DNA from: an uncultured cyanobacterium
GTDB lineage: Bacteria > Cyanobacteriota > Cyanobacteriia > Pseudanabaenales > Pseudanabaenaceae
Length of the DNA: 64,000 nt
Direction: 5' to 3'
NCBI GenBank assembly: GCA_963703315.1
Contig: OY969811.1
Location: 1,120,001 to 1,184,000, forward strand
Shown: piece after piece, positions 40,824 to 50,996 of the stretch
Layout: each line of letters opens with the position of its first letter
How positions within the stretch are numbered: position 1 is the stretch's first letter
The notes under the pieces: model-generated
What the model saw: the letters and a program-made list of their open reading frames with translations, nothing else
What the model was told of the DNA's origin: nothing
Databases searched by the model: none
Made by a program: the position numbers and the translations under genes

Positions 40824-41027
40824 TTAACCACCGCCCACAATCGTGACAATTTCTAGGCGATCGCTATTTTGAATAATCGTTTGTTCCCATAACTGACGAT
40901 GTAAAATTTCGCCATTATACTCCACAGCCACTAAGCGAGGATTGAGTCCTAAATATTTCAGCAATTCGACCATAGTCAGATCTGGCTCACAGGTGCGATT
41001 ATCACCATTTACTTGTAACGTAATCAT
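40824..41027 (-). CDS. thiS: Sulfur carrier protein ThiS
   Basis: MITLQVNG...VAVEYNGEI...LEIVTIVGGG. Confidence 0.95.
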   Translation of the reverse strand: MITLQVNGDNRTCEPDLTMVELLKYLGLNPRLVAVEYNGEILHRQLWEQTIIQNSDRLEIVTIVGGG

Positions 41028-41067
41028 AAATCTAAAATCTAATTTTAATTTCATTAACCTATTGCTT

Positions 41068-41173
41068 TAAGTAGCTAGGCATAAGTATAAACTTAAACTC
41101 TAGAAGCTTGTGCCGTCCGCGTAGCGGGCAGCACAAGCTTTGGTTTTGGATTTTAACTATGCTGAGCTACTTA
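41068..41173. mobile_element. Miniature element, family D
   Basis: taagtagctaggcata...tatgctgagctactta termini with a central GC-GTA-GC hairpin. Confidence 0.65.
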
Positions 41174-41272
41174 TGAAGATTATTTTTTGCTTTGTCAAAA
41201 AATAATCTTCACAAAATGATCTACATCTATCATCCCAGAAGTTCTATACTTCAGTACTAAAACGATACCTGT

Positions 41273-43795
41273 GTGTCTATGTCTCAACCTACACCAGCAA
41301 ATCCAGACTTACCAGCGATCGCTTCGGTAGATCCCGAAACCCATACCGAAATTAATCCTGAGCTAGGACTTAGCGAAGCTGAAGTCACAGATAGACATCG
41401 GCGTGGTGATATCAATGTCATTGTGCTGCGGTCAAGTCGTACTTATAAGGACATTTTTCAAGAAAACGTTTTTACCTTATTTAACATTACCTTTGGTTTT
41501 GTGTTAGTCCTGCTTATGGCGCTTGGACAGTTTACCGATGCGATCTTTTCGGGATTTTCGGTATTTATGAATATTCTGGTGGGTGTAGCACAGGAAATTC
41601 AGGCAAAGCTAACCTTAGATAAATTAGCTTTACTATCAGTGCAGAAGGTCAAAGTCCGACGCGATGGCAAATCACAGGAGATTCCTGTCGGTGAGGTGGT
41701 GCGCGATGACTTGATCGAGCTAAATCCAGGCGATCGCGCTCCTGTTGATGGTGCAGTCTTGATTTCTCAAAACGTAGAAATGGATGAATCCTTACTCACA
41801 GGCGAATCCGATCCTGTGGCTAAGCAGATTGGCGATATTGTGTTGTCGGGGTCTTTTTGCTTGGCAGGGAGTTGTGTATTTAGCGCCGATAAAATTGGCA
41901 ATGAAAGCTATGCGGTGAAGCTATCACAGTCATCACGGGTTTACAAACGAGTCTTTACGCCGTTACAAAAGAAGATTGATATTCTCGTAGAAATTTTTGT
42001 GCTGGTGCTGATTGTGGCAGGCTTTTTGCATATTGCCTCTAGCCTCAACTCAGGACGGACAATGGTGGATACAATTCGCTATGCTTCCGTAATTATTAAT
42101 AGTTTTGTGCCAGCAGGTTTAGTGCTTTCCATCAGTGTTGCCTTTGCGATCGGCGCAGTGGCAATTAGTAAAAAGCGGACATTAATTCAAAAAATCAATG
42201 CCGTTGACTCCATGAATAGCGTGCGGATTCTCTGCACTGATAAAACAGGAACCCTTACCCAAAATAAACTAGTAGTCAAGGAAATCGTGCCTTTAGGCGA
42301 TACCGATGAAGACTCGTTGCGCGAGCTAATTGCCCTCTATACAAACCTAATGGGCAGTCAAAATAGCAGCGCAAAGGCGATGGCTACTTATACTGATAAA
42401 CCTCGATCGCAAGCTCAATCTGTCAGTGAAGTTCCCTTTAGTTCTAGTCGCAAATGGGGATCGATCGCCATTGATATCGGCACAACGATCATGGTCGGTG
42501 CGCCCGAAATTTTGCTCACTAGTCCTGAAATGCAGGAACAAGCTAAACAATATGGACGGCAAGGACTAAGGGCGATCGCCGTTGTCACCAGTGAAGACAG
42601 TATTGATAGTTCTGAGAAAAATCCTAATTTACCTAATAATCGGCGCGATCGCGGCTTGGTGTTACTAGAAGATAGTCTGCGCCCTGATGTGATCGAGACA
42701 ATTTCTGAATTACAAAATAAGAATATTCGTCTGAAAGTAATTTCAGGCGATAGCGTCGAAACAGTTGCTTCGATCGCCCGACAAGCAGGGATCGCCGTTC
42801 CCGATGATGCTGTATTCACCCAAAAAGATTTGGAAGCAATGGATGCTCATACCTTTAGCCGTGCCGCCGCCTCTGGAGCCGTCTTTGGTCGGATTACCCC
42901 TGACATGAAGCGCCGCCTCATTTCGGCAATGGTGAAAAAGGGCGGCTATGTGGGCATGGTCGGCGATGGGGTGAATGATGTCCCTGCCTTTAAGGAAGCA
43001 CAATTGGCGATCGCCATGAATGACGGCGCACAAATTAGTAAGGATGTCGCCGATATCGTATTACTAGATAACAATCTCTCAGCATTGCCCCAAGCCTTCA
43101 CTGCAGGGGATGATATCAAGCAAAAAATTCTCTCCTCAGCATTGCTCTATCTCACCAAAAATATCATGGTGATTCTCACAATTTCCTTTGCAGGATTTGT
43201 GCAGCTTCCCTTTCCGATTGAGCCACGACACATGACAATTTTAACGATGGCAGTAGTGGGCTTTCCGACGATTTGGATTGCCTTCGGATGGCTAAAACCG
43301 ATCCGCCTAGAGAATTTCCTGCGTGATGTCTTAGGGTTCAGTTGCATTGCAGGGATCTTCGGAGCGATCGCCATGACTACAGGCTATGTCTTGTCTTACT
43401 ATGTCAGTGGTTGGGCGCTACTGCAAGCTCCCTATAGCTCAACGATGGTCAGTTCTGAGACGTTTCAAGATATCGCCAGAGGTCAAGCCCAATGTGTTAG
43501 TACTTTCATTGGCACAATCTTCTGTCTTTTTGTCTTTTGGAGTATCACCGAGATCTCGATCTGGAAAGTACGCACCTTTGCCAAAAATCCCACAGCCACT
43601 ATTCTAGGTGTGGTTTCTGTTGGCGTATCATTTATATTCATGTTACTGTTCCCTTCCTTCTTTCAAGTTGAAGTTCCCGATCAATTTGGTTGGTCAATGA
43701 TTATCTTTTTGCCAACTTCGAGTTATTACATCTTGCGAATGTTGCAATCTAGCAAGCTATTTCGCCATTTACCACGCTATCTCAGTCAGCCGTAA
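41273..43795 (+). CDS. P-type ATPase (CtpE-like)
   Basis: LTGES, DKTGTLT, ISGD, GDGVND; TM4 reads VPAGL. Confidence 0.92.
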   Translation: MSMSQPTPANPDLPAIASVDPETHTEINPELGLSEAEVTDRHRRGDINVIVLRSSRTYKDIFQENVFTLFNITFGFVLVLLMALGQFTDAIFSGFSVFMNILVGVAQEIQAKLTLDKLALLSVQKVKVRRDGKSQEIPVGEVVRDDLIELNPGDRAPVDGAVLISQNVEMDESLLTGESDPVAKQIGDIVLSGSFCLAGSCVFSADKIGNESYAVKLSQSSRVYKRVFTPLQKKIDILVEIFVLVLIVAGFLHIASSLNSGRTMVDTIRYASVIINSFVPAGLVLSISVAFAIGAVAISKKRTLIQKINAVDSMNSVRILCTDKTGTLTQNKLVVKEIVPLGDTDEDSLRELIALYTNLMGSQNSSAKAMATYTDKPRSQAQSVSEVPFSSSRKWGSIAIDIGTTIMVGAPEILLTSPEMQEQAKQYGRQGLRAIAVVTSEDSIDSSEKNPNLPNNRRDRGLVLLEDSLRPDVIETISELQNKNIRLKVISGDSVETVASIARQAGIAVPDDAVFTQKDLEAMDAHTFSRAAASGAVFGRITPDMKRRLISAMVKKGGYVGMVGDGVNDVPAFKEAQLAIAMNDGAQISKDVADIVLLDNNLSALPQAFTAGDDIKQKILSSALLYLTKNIMVILTISFAGFVQLPFPIEPRHMTILTMAVVGFPTIWIAFGWLKPIRLENFLRDVLGFSCIAGIFGAIAMTTGYVLSYYVSGWALLQAPYSSTMVSSETFQDIARGQAQCVSTFIGTIFCLFVFWSITEISIWKVRTFAKNPTATILGVVSVGVSFIFMLLFPSFFQVEVPDQFGWSMIIFLPTSSYYILRMLQSSKLFRHLPRYLSQP

Positions 43796-43799
43796 AAAG

Positions 43800-43845
43800 C
43801 CCTCACCCCCTAGCCCCTCTCCCGTAGGAGAGGGGAACCAGAAAA
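43800..43845. repeat. Family E half-element
   Basis: ccctcaccccctagcccctctcccgtaggagaggggaac matches 6261-6298. Confidence 0.75.
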
Positions 43846-43863
43846 TAACAGAGTACAGAGCTT

Positions 43864-44376
43864 ATGAAATCTAAAACTTCTCAACGTCCAATCTCAATTA
43901 CGATTCTCACTACGACCATGATTGGTATGAGTCTAGTGCTGATTATTGATCGCATCCTTAATTTCTATTTTTATCGATTATTAGAAGGGAATACACCCTT
44001 AGTCAATAGTGATTCGGTTAACTTACAAGTAGTCTCAGGAATTGCTTTTTTAGGTTTTAGCGTAGTGCCGCTTGTCCTAGCAATTGGACTATGGAATTTA
44101 AAATCTTGGGCGAGATTTTTGAGTATTTGTTTTTTTAGTTCCATCATGTTTCCTGCGATCGCCGCTTCTTTAAGCTGGATTTCGCCGCCATCAGCCGATA
44201 AACTTTTGCAAATTCCGATGGTCTTTGATGAAGTTTTGAGCGTATCCGAGACTTCGCCCACCTCACGCTTGGTATCTCTCAATCCTTACATTGCCATTGG
44301 TAGCGCGATTGCCCTTGCAATTTTAGTTACACCTGCGATCGGGAAAATATTTCGTCATCGTTCGCCGCAAAATTAG
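43864..44376 (+). CDS. Hypothetical membrane protein
   Basis: About four hydrophobic segments; 'GLWNLKSWAR' motif. Confidence 0.6.
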   Translation: MKSKTSQRPISITILTTTMIGMSLVLIIDRILNFYFYRLLEGNTPLVNSDSVNLQVVSGIAFLGFSVVPLVLAIGLWNLKSWARFLSICFFSSIMFPAIAASLSWISPPSADKLLQIPMVFDEVLSVSETSPTSRLVSLNPYIAIGSAIALAILVTPAIGKIFRHRSPQN

Positions 44377-44746
44377 CGATCGCGCCTAGTAAAAAAGGTA
44401 CAGCCTCAGCTTCCCAAAACCCTTCTGCACAACGTCCTGTTAACAACTGCAAGTGCAAAGTAAATTGATGGGGATAACCATTGGCTTCAAGACTGATATC
44501 TTCAGTTTCCAGAGTACAAGAAATCTTCTCGCCATCAGATAACTCAGTTGCCATTATTTGCATTGTCTCGGCAAGTTGGGCTACTAACTTACAAAAATCT
44601 TTAAATTCTCTCACAGTTAGCTCGATCGCCCAACTATCTGTCCCCACTAATCCCCTATATACATCCACATCTGAGCGCCAACCAATGCGCCAGCCTTCAC
44701 CACAGAATAACTGCTTAGATGCGTTTTGCGGTACAAAATTAAGCAT
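44327..44746 (-). CDS. DUF1818-family cyanobacterial protein
   Basis: 'GEGWRIGW...GLVGTDSWAIELT...GRCAEGFW'. Confidence 0.8.
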   Translation of the reverse strand: MLNFVPQNASKQLFCGEGWRIGWRSDVDVYRGLVGTDSWAIELTVREFKDFCKLVAQLAETMQIMATELSDGEKISCTLETEDISLEANGYPHQFTLHLQLLTGRCAEGFWEAEAVPFLLGAIANFAANDDEIFSRSQV

Positions 44747-44797
44747 AATATTCAGCAGAATTAGCGGCTTATGATCATGCCGCTAATTCTATGGCTT

Positions 44798-45022
44798 TCA
44801 GTCGCTCAGGATTTCAGGTTGAGAGATTTCGTCTGACATTTCCATAATTGCGCGTAAAATCGGCTTCATCATGCGATCGTCATAGTCATCATCTTCATAG
44901 CGTCTAAGCTTTGCCCGATTAGCAACTTGCACAGTAATGCGGTAACGATTAGAAGAAGCATTGATCAGTTCTTCGACACGACGAGTAACTTGTGATGAAT
45001 CAATTGTGTAGCGTTTTGCCAT
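44798..45022 (-). CDS. rpoZ: RNA polymerase omega subunit (cyanobacterial type)
   Basis: '[19 protein letters not shown]...[13 protein letters not shown]'. Confidence 0.95.
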   Translation of the reverse strand: MAKRYTIDSSQVTRRVEELINASSNRYRITVQVANRAKLRRYEDDDYDDRMMKPILRAIMEMSDEISQPEILSD

Positions 45023-45090
45023 AGATCTGCAAGAAAATTAGCATTCCTAGTTTAACGCTTTTATACCAAAATTCAAAATCCTTGATAATT

Positions 45091-45130
45091 AAACAAAAAG
45101 GTTCGATGCTTCGCATCGAACCTTTTTGTT
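45091..45130 (-). terminator. Hairpin downstream of tRNA-Leu
   Basis: aacaaaaaggttcgatgc-ttc-gcatcgaacctttttgtt. Confidence 0.75.
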
Positions 45131-45136
45131 ATTTAA

Positions 45137-45217
45137 TGCGGATGGAGAGACTCGAACTCTCACATCAAAGATACTAGAACCTAAATCTAGCGCGTCTACC
45201 AATTCCGCCACATCCGC
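45137..45217 (-). tRNA. trnL: tRNA-Leu(TAG)
   Basis: Reverse complement GCGGATGTGGCGGAATTGGTAGACGCG-CTAGA-TTTAGGT-TCTAG...GTTCGAGTC...CATCCGCA, with long variable arm. Confidence 0.96.
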
Positions 45218-45393
45218 TTGGATAAGGTGTTTTTTGCACCGAATAGAATAATACAACAATCTTGGTAAATTGCAGCATAAAATTTTGAGAGTTTACCTTC
45301 ACAGTTTGATTGCGATACAATCTTTAGTTAGTCATTTGATCTATTTTTCGCTCTGAGCCTACTTTTAGCACCTTTGTTGAGTAGATCTATCTA

Positions 45394-45810
45394 GTGCATA
45401 TTCATAAACCACAAAAAATCGACCCAGCACAAATTTATCCCTGCCCTTGCCCTCGCAAACGTGGAAAGCTCAAGCCGATCACCTTGACTGATGCTTTTGG
45501 TTGCGATCGCTGTTCTTTGATGTTTCAGCTAGAAAGCGATGGTTATAGTCTGCTGCAATTGGGAGGGATTGACTCACAACGCCATACATGGCAATGGATT
45601 GGCAAATGGCAAATCATTCGTGTATATAGGCAATATACTTTGGTAGAAACGGCTTTACTGTATATCTCTGCCCTATTATTCTTCTCATTAATCACTCTAT
45701 GGGCATTAAATATCAAATCAACTTTAGGCATTCCCATCGCCATTTTGTTGTTTACCCTTTTAGGTTTGTTAATATGGCGATTGCTCGTGATGCTTCGTCG
45801 CGATATTTAA
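45394..45810 (+). CDS. Hypothetical protein with N-terminal Zn-ribbon-like Cys motifs and two TM helices
   Basis: YPCPC...AFGCDRC, hydrophobic C-terminus. Confidence 0.65.
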   Translation: MHIHKPQKIDPAQIYPCPCPRKRGKLKPITLTDAFGCDRCSLMFQLESDGYSLLQLGGIDSQRHTWQWIGKWQIIRVYRQYTLVETALLYISALLFFSLITLWALNIKSTLGIPIAILLFTLLGLLIWRLLVMLRRDI

Positions 45811-45864
45811 AAAACTCTTGAGAAAATAACTTTCTCAAATCTTTTATTAATTACTCATACATAT

Positions 45865-47175
45865 ATGTCACCAGAAGACCTTACAGGCTTCATTTATAAA
45901 TCCCATGCAGCGGCACTGCAACTGATCCAAATCTCCAGTAGAGAACGTGATAGTTTGCTGCTAGAGATTGCTGAATCTGTTAAAAAACATAAAAATGCAA
46001 TCCTAGAAGCAAATACGCTCGATCTAGAAGCAAGTCGCGATATGGCTGTACCTGAATTGGTACTAGAGTGGCTCAAACTTACTCCCGAACGCCTTAACTA
46101 TGCGATCGAATGTCTCACCCAGATCGCTAATCTGCCTGATCCACTGACGCTCCATGTGGGTATTAATGGTTATCAGCGCGTTCCTTTAGGTGTAGTGGCT
46201 TTTGTATCTGAGGGCTTTCCGCAGTTAGGCTTAATTGCGGCGGGTATGTGTCTCAAGGTGGGCAATACGATTATTTTGAAGGGGGGAAGTGAAGGCACAT
46301 ATACGCAAGAAGCGATCGCATCAGTTGCTAAAGAGATCCTTATTGCAAGAAATTTTCCTGAGGCTTGCATGACTTGTGTACCAACAGGGGTAGCCCTCAA
46401 AGAGTTAATTGTCCAAGAAAAATATTTACGCTTGGTGATCCCTTATGGTCGTCCTAGCTTTGTGCAGCAGGTCAGCAAACAGGCGACAGTCTCGGCTTTG
46501 CCGATCTCAATGGGTAATTGTTATTTATATTTATCGGCTTCTGGTGATTTGAACTTTGCCAAAGAAATTATTCTTAACAGTCGTAAGGGTGATCCTGATG
46601 CTGTTAATGCGATCGAAAAAGTAGTTGTCCATCAGTCATGGATTGATCGCGGTTTAGGAGATTGGATCAAGGCTTTAAAAAAACAAGGTTTGGTGGTGAG
46701 GGGCTGTGCTGAGACAACGGCGAGTTATCGTAAGTTTTTAGAAGAATCCCATAGTGATGAAACTGATAAACCAAGTCAAGCGCTCATTGATCAATCGATC
46801 GAACTTGAAGATATTTGGGGTCAGGCTTATTTAGATGAAACGATCGCCATCAAAATTGTCAATGATACAGAAGAGGCAATTACTTGGATTAATCAGTATA
46901 GTAGCGGTCATGCTGATGTCTTGCTAACGGATTCTCTATCGGAACGCGATCGCTTTGTCAGTCGGATCAATAGCAGTACGATTTTTGTCAATGCCCATAG
47001 TCGTTTCAGTCGTTGTGCCAAAGTTGGCGATAATGGCAATGTCAAAATTGCGCTGGGTATGTCCAGCTTAAAAACACGCGGTGCATCTAGATACCCTGGG
47101 ATAATTGATATCTATGCCCTCACTACCACTAAACAAGTTTTGACAAGTTCATGGGTGCAACGCACTCATTTATAG
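45865..47175 (+). CDS. Gamma-glutamyl phosphate reductase-like (ProA paralogue), catalytic Cys apparently absent
   Basis: 'ILEANTLDL', 'RVPLGVV', 'GNTIILKGGSE', 'INQYSSGH'; 'DAVNAIEKVVVH' aligns with ProA CNxxETLLVH. Confidence 0.85.
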   Translation: MSPEDLTGFIYKSHAAALQLIQISSRERDSLLLEIAESVKKHKNAILEANTLDLEASRDMAVPELVLEWLKLTPERLNYAIECLTQIANLPDPLTLHVGINGYQRVPLGVVAFVSEGFPQLGLIAAGMCLKVGNTIILKGGSEGTYTQEAIASVAKEILIARNFPEACMTCVPTGVALKELIVQEKYLRLVIPYGRPSFVQQVSKQATVSALPISMGNCYLYLSASGDLNFAKEIILNSRKGDPDAVNAIEKVVVHQSWIDRGLGDWIKALKKQGLVVRGCAETTASYRKFLEESHSDETDKPSQALIDQSIELEDIWGQAYLDETIAIKIVNDTEEAITWINQYSSGHADVLLTDSLSERDRFVSRINSSTIFVNAHSRFSRCAKVGDNGNVKIALGMSSLKTRGASRYPGIIDIYALTTTKQVLTSSWVQRTHL

Positions 47176-47178
47176 CGT

Positions 47179-47436
47179 TTATCTGTAGCGTTGAAGTAAG
47201 GCTTCAAGTTTTTCAACAGGCGATCGTGGTGGAAATCTGGGCAGTTCTTGTTCCTGTTGGCGATCGTTGAGTAAACACAGAACAGGGATTTCATATTGAT
47301 AGCGATCGAACCAGTCATTATTGCTAGTAATATCCCTGATTTCTAACTCAAAATCCACATTTTTAACCTGTTGTAATTTTGTGAGCAAACCTTCGCATAG
47401 ACAACAGCCTTGCTTACTATACAAAATTAATTTCAT
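47179..47436 (-). CDS. Glutaredoxin-like protein (DUF836)
   Basis: 'LYSKQGCCLCE...DIT...RYQYEIPVL'. Confidence 0.85.
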   Translation of the reverse strand: MKLILYSKQGCCLCEGLLTKLQQVKNVDFELEIRDITSNNDWFDRYQYEIPVLCLLNDRQQEQELPRFPPRSPVEKLEALLQRYR

Positions 47437-47455
47437 AGATCTTGAGATATCTCTG

Positions 47456-47484
47456 TTGAATTTACCCCCACTATGTTATATTAT
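47456..47484 (+). promoter_or_regulatory. Sigma70-type promoter of tRNA-Val
   Basis: TTGAAT (47456-47461), 17-nt spacer, TATTAT (47479-47484), 10 nt before the tRNA. Confidence 0.55.
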
Positions 47485-47494
47485 TAATCCGTCA

Positions 47495-47568
47495 GAACGC
47501 ATAGCTCAGTTGGTTAGAGCACCACGTTGACATCGTGGGGGTCGGTGGTTCGAGTCCACTTGTGTTCA
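47495..47568 (+). tRNA. trnV: tRNA-Val(GAC)
   Basis: GAACGCA/TGTGTTC acceptor, TAGCTCAGTTGGTTAGAGC D-arm, CCACG-TTGACAT-CGTGG anticodon arm, GGTTCGAGTCC. Confidence 0.96.
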
Positions 47569-47581
47569 TTAGAATAGATAA

Positions 47582-50500
47582 ATGCCAATAATCTTTGACA
47601 ATATGCAGAGCCCTCTGCTGCCAGAGTTACGCCATACCCTTGATGGCGCAGTTCGGGCTGATTTTTGTGTGGGCTATGTCAATTTGAGGGGATGGCGATC
47701 GCTTGAGGACAAGATCGAACAGTTTACAGGGACAGATGATGCACGGTGTCGGCTATTGGTGGGAATGCAGAAATTACCCAAAGATGAACTACATACATTA
47801 CTGAGTCTGAGCAATGCTGAAAATAAGGTTGATTTGGCAGAAGTTAATCGCATCAAACGCAAGTATGTCGAAGAATTCCGATCGCAGTTAAGTTTTGGCG
47901 CACCAAACAACCAAGATGAAGCAGCGTTACGGAGATTGAGCGCTCAAATAAAAGCGGGGAAAGTAACGGTGAAATTATTTGCACGTCATACCCTCCATGC
48001 CAAGCTTTATCTAATTTATCTGTCTGAAAAAACACCACGTATGGCTTATTTAGGCAGTAGTAATCTCACGATATCTGGACTATCAAAACAGGGTGAATTG
48101 AATATCGATGTTAACGATCGCGTGGCTACGGAGACTTTAGAAACTTGGTTTGAGGATAAATGGACAGATAAATTCTGTGTGGATATTTCGCAAGAATTAG
48201 CGGCAATTATTGATCAAAGTTGGGCTAGGGAAACCTTGATACCGCCCTATCATATTTATCTAAAAATGGTCTATCACCTGTCACAGGAGGCAAGAGCGGG
48301 GATATCGGAATATCGATTACCAAAAGAGTTTCGCTTGTTTGACTTTCAAGCGGCGGCGGTGAAAATTGCGGCACACCATGTCAATAAACGGGGCGGGGTG
48401 ATGATTGCCGATGTGGTGGGATTGGGCAAAACCATTGTTGGCACGGCTTTAGCAAGGGTTTTACAGGATGACTTATTTTTAGAAACTTTGATTATCTGCC
48501 CTAAGAATCTTGTGCCGATGTGGGAAGACTATGTAGCCGAATATCGCTTAATTGCGAAGGTTATGCCAATTAGTCGCGTGTTGGAAGATTTGAAAGATTT
48601 ACGGCGCTATCGGGTGGTGCTGATTGATGAAAGCCATAACTTGCGAAATCGTCAAGGGCGGCGTTATCGAGCGATTCGGGAATATATTGAAATCAATGAG
48701 AGTAAGTGTATTTTGCTGACAGCAACACCATACAACAAGAGTTATCTGGATTTATCTTCACAGTTTCAATTATTTATCGAAGAGGATCGTAATTTAGGAA
48801 TCCGTCCTGAGCGATATATCCAAGAACTTGGGGAGACTGAGTTTAGGAATCGCCTTCAAGGTGAAGAGCGATCGCTTAAAGCGTTTAATTTGAGTGAGTA
48901 TGCCGATGATTGGCGGGATTTGATGAAGCTATTTATGATTCGGCGGACAAGGAGTTTTATCAAGAATAACTATGCTAAGAGTGATACCGAAGGACGCAAA
49001 TATCTAGAGTTTCCTGATGGGAAGGTGTCGTATTTTCCAAAACGAATTCCGAAGACTGCGAAGTTTGCGATTAAGGGCATCGATCCATATGCTTTGCTTT
49101 ATTCCGATCGCGTGGTGGATGTGATCAATGAGCTAAATTTACCGCGCTATGGGTTAGGCATCTTTGAGATGGAGAAGCCGATGAAAACGCCTACAGATAG
49201 GGAACAGCAGATCCTTGATGGTTTGTCTCGCGCAGGTCGGCGGTTGATGGGATTTTGTCGTACTAATTTATTTAAGCGATTGGAAAGTAGTGGATTTGCA
49301 TTTTTACAGTCCCTCGATCGCCATATTTTACGCAACTATGTTTATCTTCATGCCATTAACAATGGATTAGATATTCCCATTGGTACACAGGATGCGGAAC
49401 TATTAGATACGCGCAATGGTGACGAAGATTCCGATTCGTTAGTATCGACGGAGTTTGAGATTGAGGTGGAGGATGGCTCTAGTAGTGATGTGGAAGAGGA
49501 GTCGCGCAAATCTGAAAGTCATCTTGAGCGAGATTATCTTGACCGTGCTGCTACGGTCTATAAGCTCTATGAGAGCAAATATAAAAAGCGGTTTAAATGG
49601 ATTCGAGCGAGTTTGTTTAAACCAGAGCTAAAAACGACTTTGTTGGCAGATGCTCAAGCCTTAACTAAGGTTTTCAATCTATGTCCTGAATGGAAACCTG
49701 AGCAAGATTGTAAATTAGCAACCCTCGTCAATTTGCTGAAAATAGAACATGGCGATCGCAAGGTATTGATTTTTACGCAGTTTGCGGACACAGCTAAATA
49801 TTTAGGTGAGCAGTTACCGAAGCTTGGGCTTGATAAGTTAGCAGTGGTCACAGGTAACACGACTAACCCGACTGAACTCGCCTATCAATTTAGTCCTAAA
49901 AGCAATCGTAAACGTCACAAAGTTACTGAAGATCAGGAATTACGGGTATTGATTGCCACGGATGTACTTAGTGAAGGACAGAACTTGCAAGATTGCGACA
50001 TTATCATTAATTACGATCTGCCTTGGGCGATTATTCGCTTAATCCAACGGGCAGGGCGGATCGATCGCATTGGTCAGGAGTCAGAAGAGATTCTCTGTTA
50101 TTCCTTTTTACCTGCGGATGGGGTCGAGAAGTTGATTAATTTGAGAGGTCGCTTACGTCAGCGCTTGGATCAAAATGCGGAAGTTGTCGGTACGGATGAG
50201 GCTTTTTTTGAGGGAGATGCCGATCAAATTGTGCGGGATCTCTATAATGAGAAGGCGGGAATTATTGATGATGATGAGGATAATGAAGTAGACCTGACTT
50301 CTGAGGCTTTTCAGATTTGGAAAAATGCGACAGATCGCAATCCAGAATTAAAGAAGATAGTGGAATCATTAGATAATGTCTCCTACTCAACGCGATCGCA
50401 TACGCCTGAAGCTACTAAGCCTGAAGGGGTGCTGCTCTATGTCCGCACGGCGCAGGGAAATGACGCTTTGGCATATATCGATCGCCATGGTCAGAGTGTT

Positions 50501-50950
50501 ACCCAGTCACAATTAGCGATTCTCAAATTAGCTGCCTGTGAGCCGAATACTCCTGCCATACCACGTAATGAGAACCATCATGAATTGGTGACGCAAGGGG
50601 CGATCATGCTAGTTAAGGAAGAGAAAAGTACAGGGGGGCTAGGCAGTACTAAGGGCGCAAGATATCGCACCTATGAACGATTGAGGCGCTATTTAGAACA
50701 TGAACGCGATCGCAATCCTTTACTGGTTCCCCATGATTTATCAAAGGCGATCGATGAGATTTATCGCTATCCACTGCGACAATCTGCGATCGATATTCTC
50801 AGCCGCAGGTTTAAAGATGGGCTTGAGGATGAGCAGTTAGCCAGTTTGGTTTTGGCGCTTCGCACTGATAATCTTCTTTGTATAATTTCTGAAGAGGAGC
50901 ATGAGCAGGAGCCACAAATAATTTGTTCGATGGGAATTTTTCAATATTAA
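47582..50950 (+). CDS. PLD-nuclease / SNF2-like SF2 helicase fusion
   Basis: HAKLY...GSSNLT (PLD); ADVVGLGKT Walker A, IDESH, TATP, SEGQNLQ, QRAGRIDR. Confidence 0.9.
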   Translation: MPIIFDNMQSPLLPELRHTLDGAVRADFCVGYVNLRGWRSLEDKIEQFTGTDDARCRLLVGMQKLPKDELHTLLSLSNAENKVDLAEVNRIKRKYVEEFRSQLSFGAPNNQDEAALRRLSAQIKAGKVTVKLFARHTLHAKLYLIYLSEKTPRMAYLGSSNLTISGLSKQGELNIDVNDRVATETLETWFEDKWTDKFCVDISQELAAIIDQSWARETLIPPYHIYLKMVYHLSQEARAGISEYRLPKEFRLFDFQAAAVKIAAHHVNKRGGVMIADVVGLGKTIVGTALARVLQDDLFLETLIICPKNLVPMWEDYVAEYRLIAKVMPISRVLEDLKDLRRYRVVLIDESHNLRNRQGRRYRAIREYIEINESKCILLTATPYNKSYLDLSSQFQLFIEEDRNLGIRPERYIQELGETEFRNRLQGEERSLKAFNLSEYADDWRDLMKLFMIRRTRSFIKNNYAKSDTEGRKYLEFPDGKVSYFPKRIPKTAKFAIKGIDPYALLYSDRVVDVINELNLPRYGLGIFEMEKPMKTPTDREQQILDGLSRAGRRLMGFCRTNLFKRLESSGFAFLQSLDRHILRNYVYLHAINNGLDIPIGTQDAELLDTRNGDEDSDSLVSTEFEIEVEDGSSSDVEEESRKSESHLERDYLDRAATVYKLYESKYKKRFKWIRASLFKPELKTTLLADAQALTKVFNLCPEWKPEQDCKLATLVNLLKIEHGDRKVLIFTQFADTAKYLGEQLPKLGLDKLAVVTGNTTNPTELAYQFSPKSNRKRHKVTEDQELRVLIATDVLSEGQNLQDCDIIINYDLPWAIIRLIQRAGRIDRIGQESEEILCYSFLPADGVEKLINLRGRLRQRLDQNAEVVGTDEAFFEGDADQIVRDLYNEKAGIIDDDEDNEVDLTSEAFQIWKNATDRNPELKKIVESLDNVSYSTRSHTPEATKPEGVLLYVRTAQGNDALAYIDRHGQSVTQSQLAILKLAACEPNTPAIPRNENHHELVTQGAIMLVKEEKSTGGLGSTKGARYRTYERLRRYLEHERDRNPLLVPHDLSKAIDEIYRYPLRQSAIDILSRRFKDGLEDEQLASLVLALRTDNLLCIISEEEHEQEPQIICSMGIFQY

Positions 50951-50996
50951 GCGAGCGCCGCTCACCTAAGCTCTATCAATAACAAAGGTAAAATTT

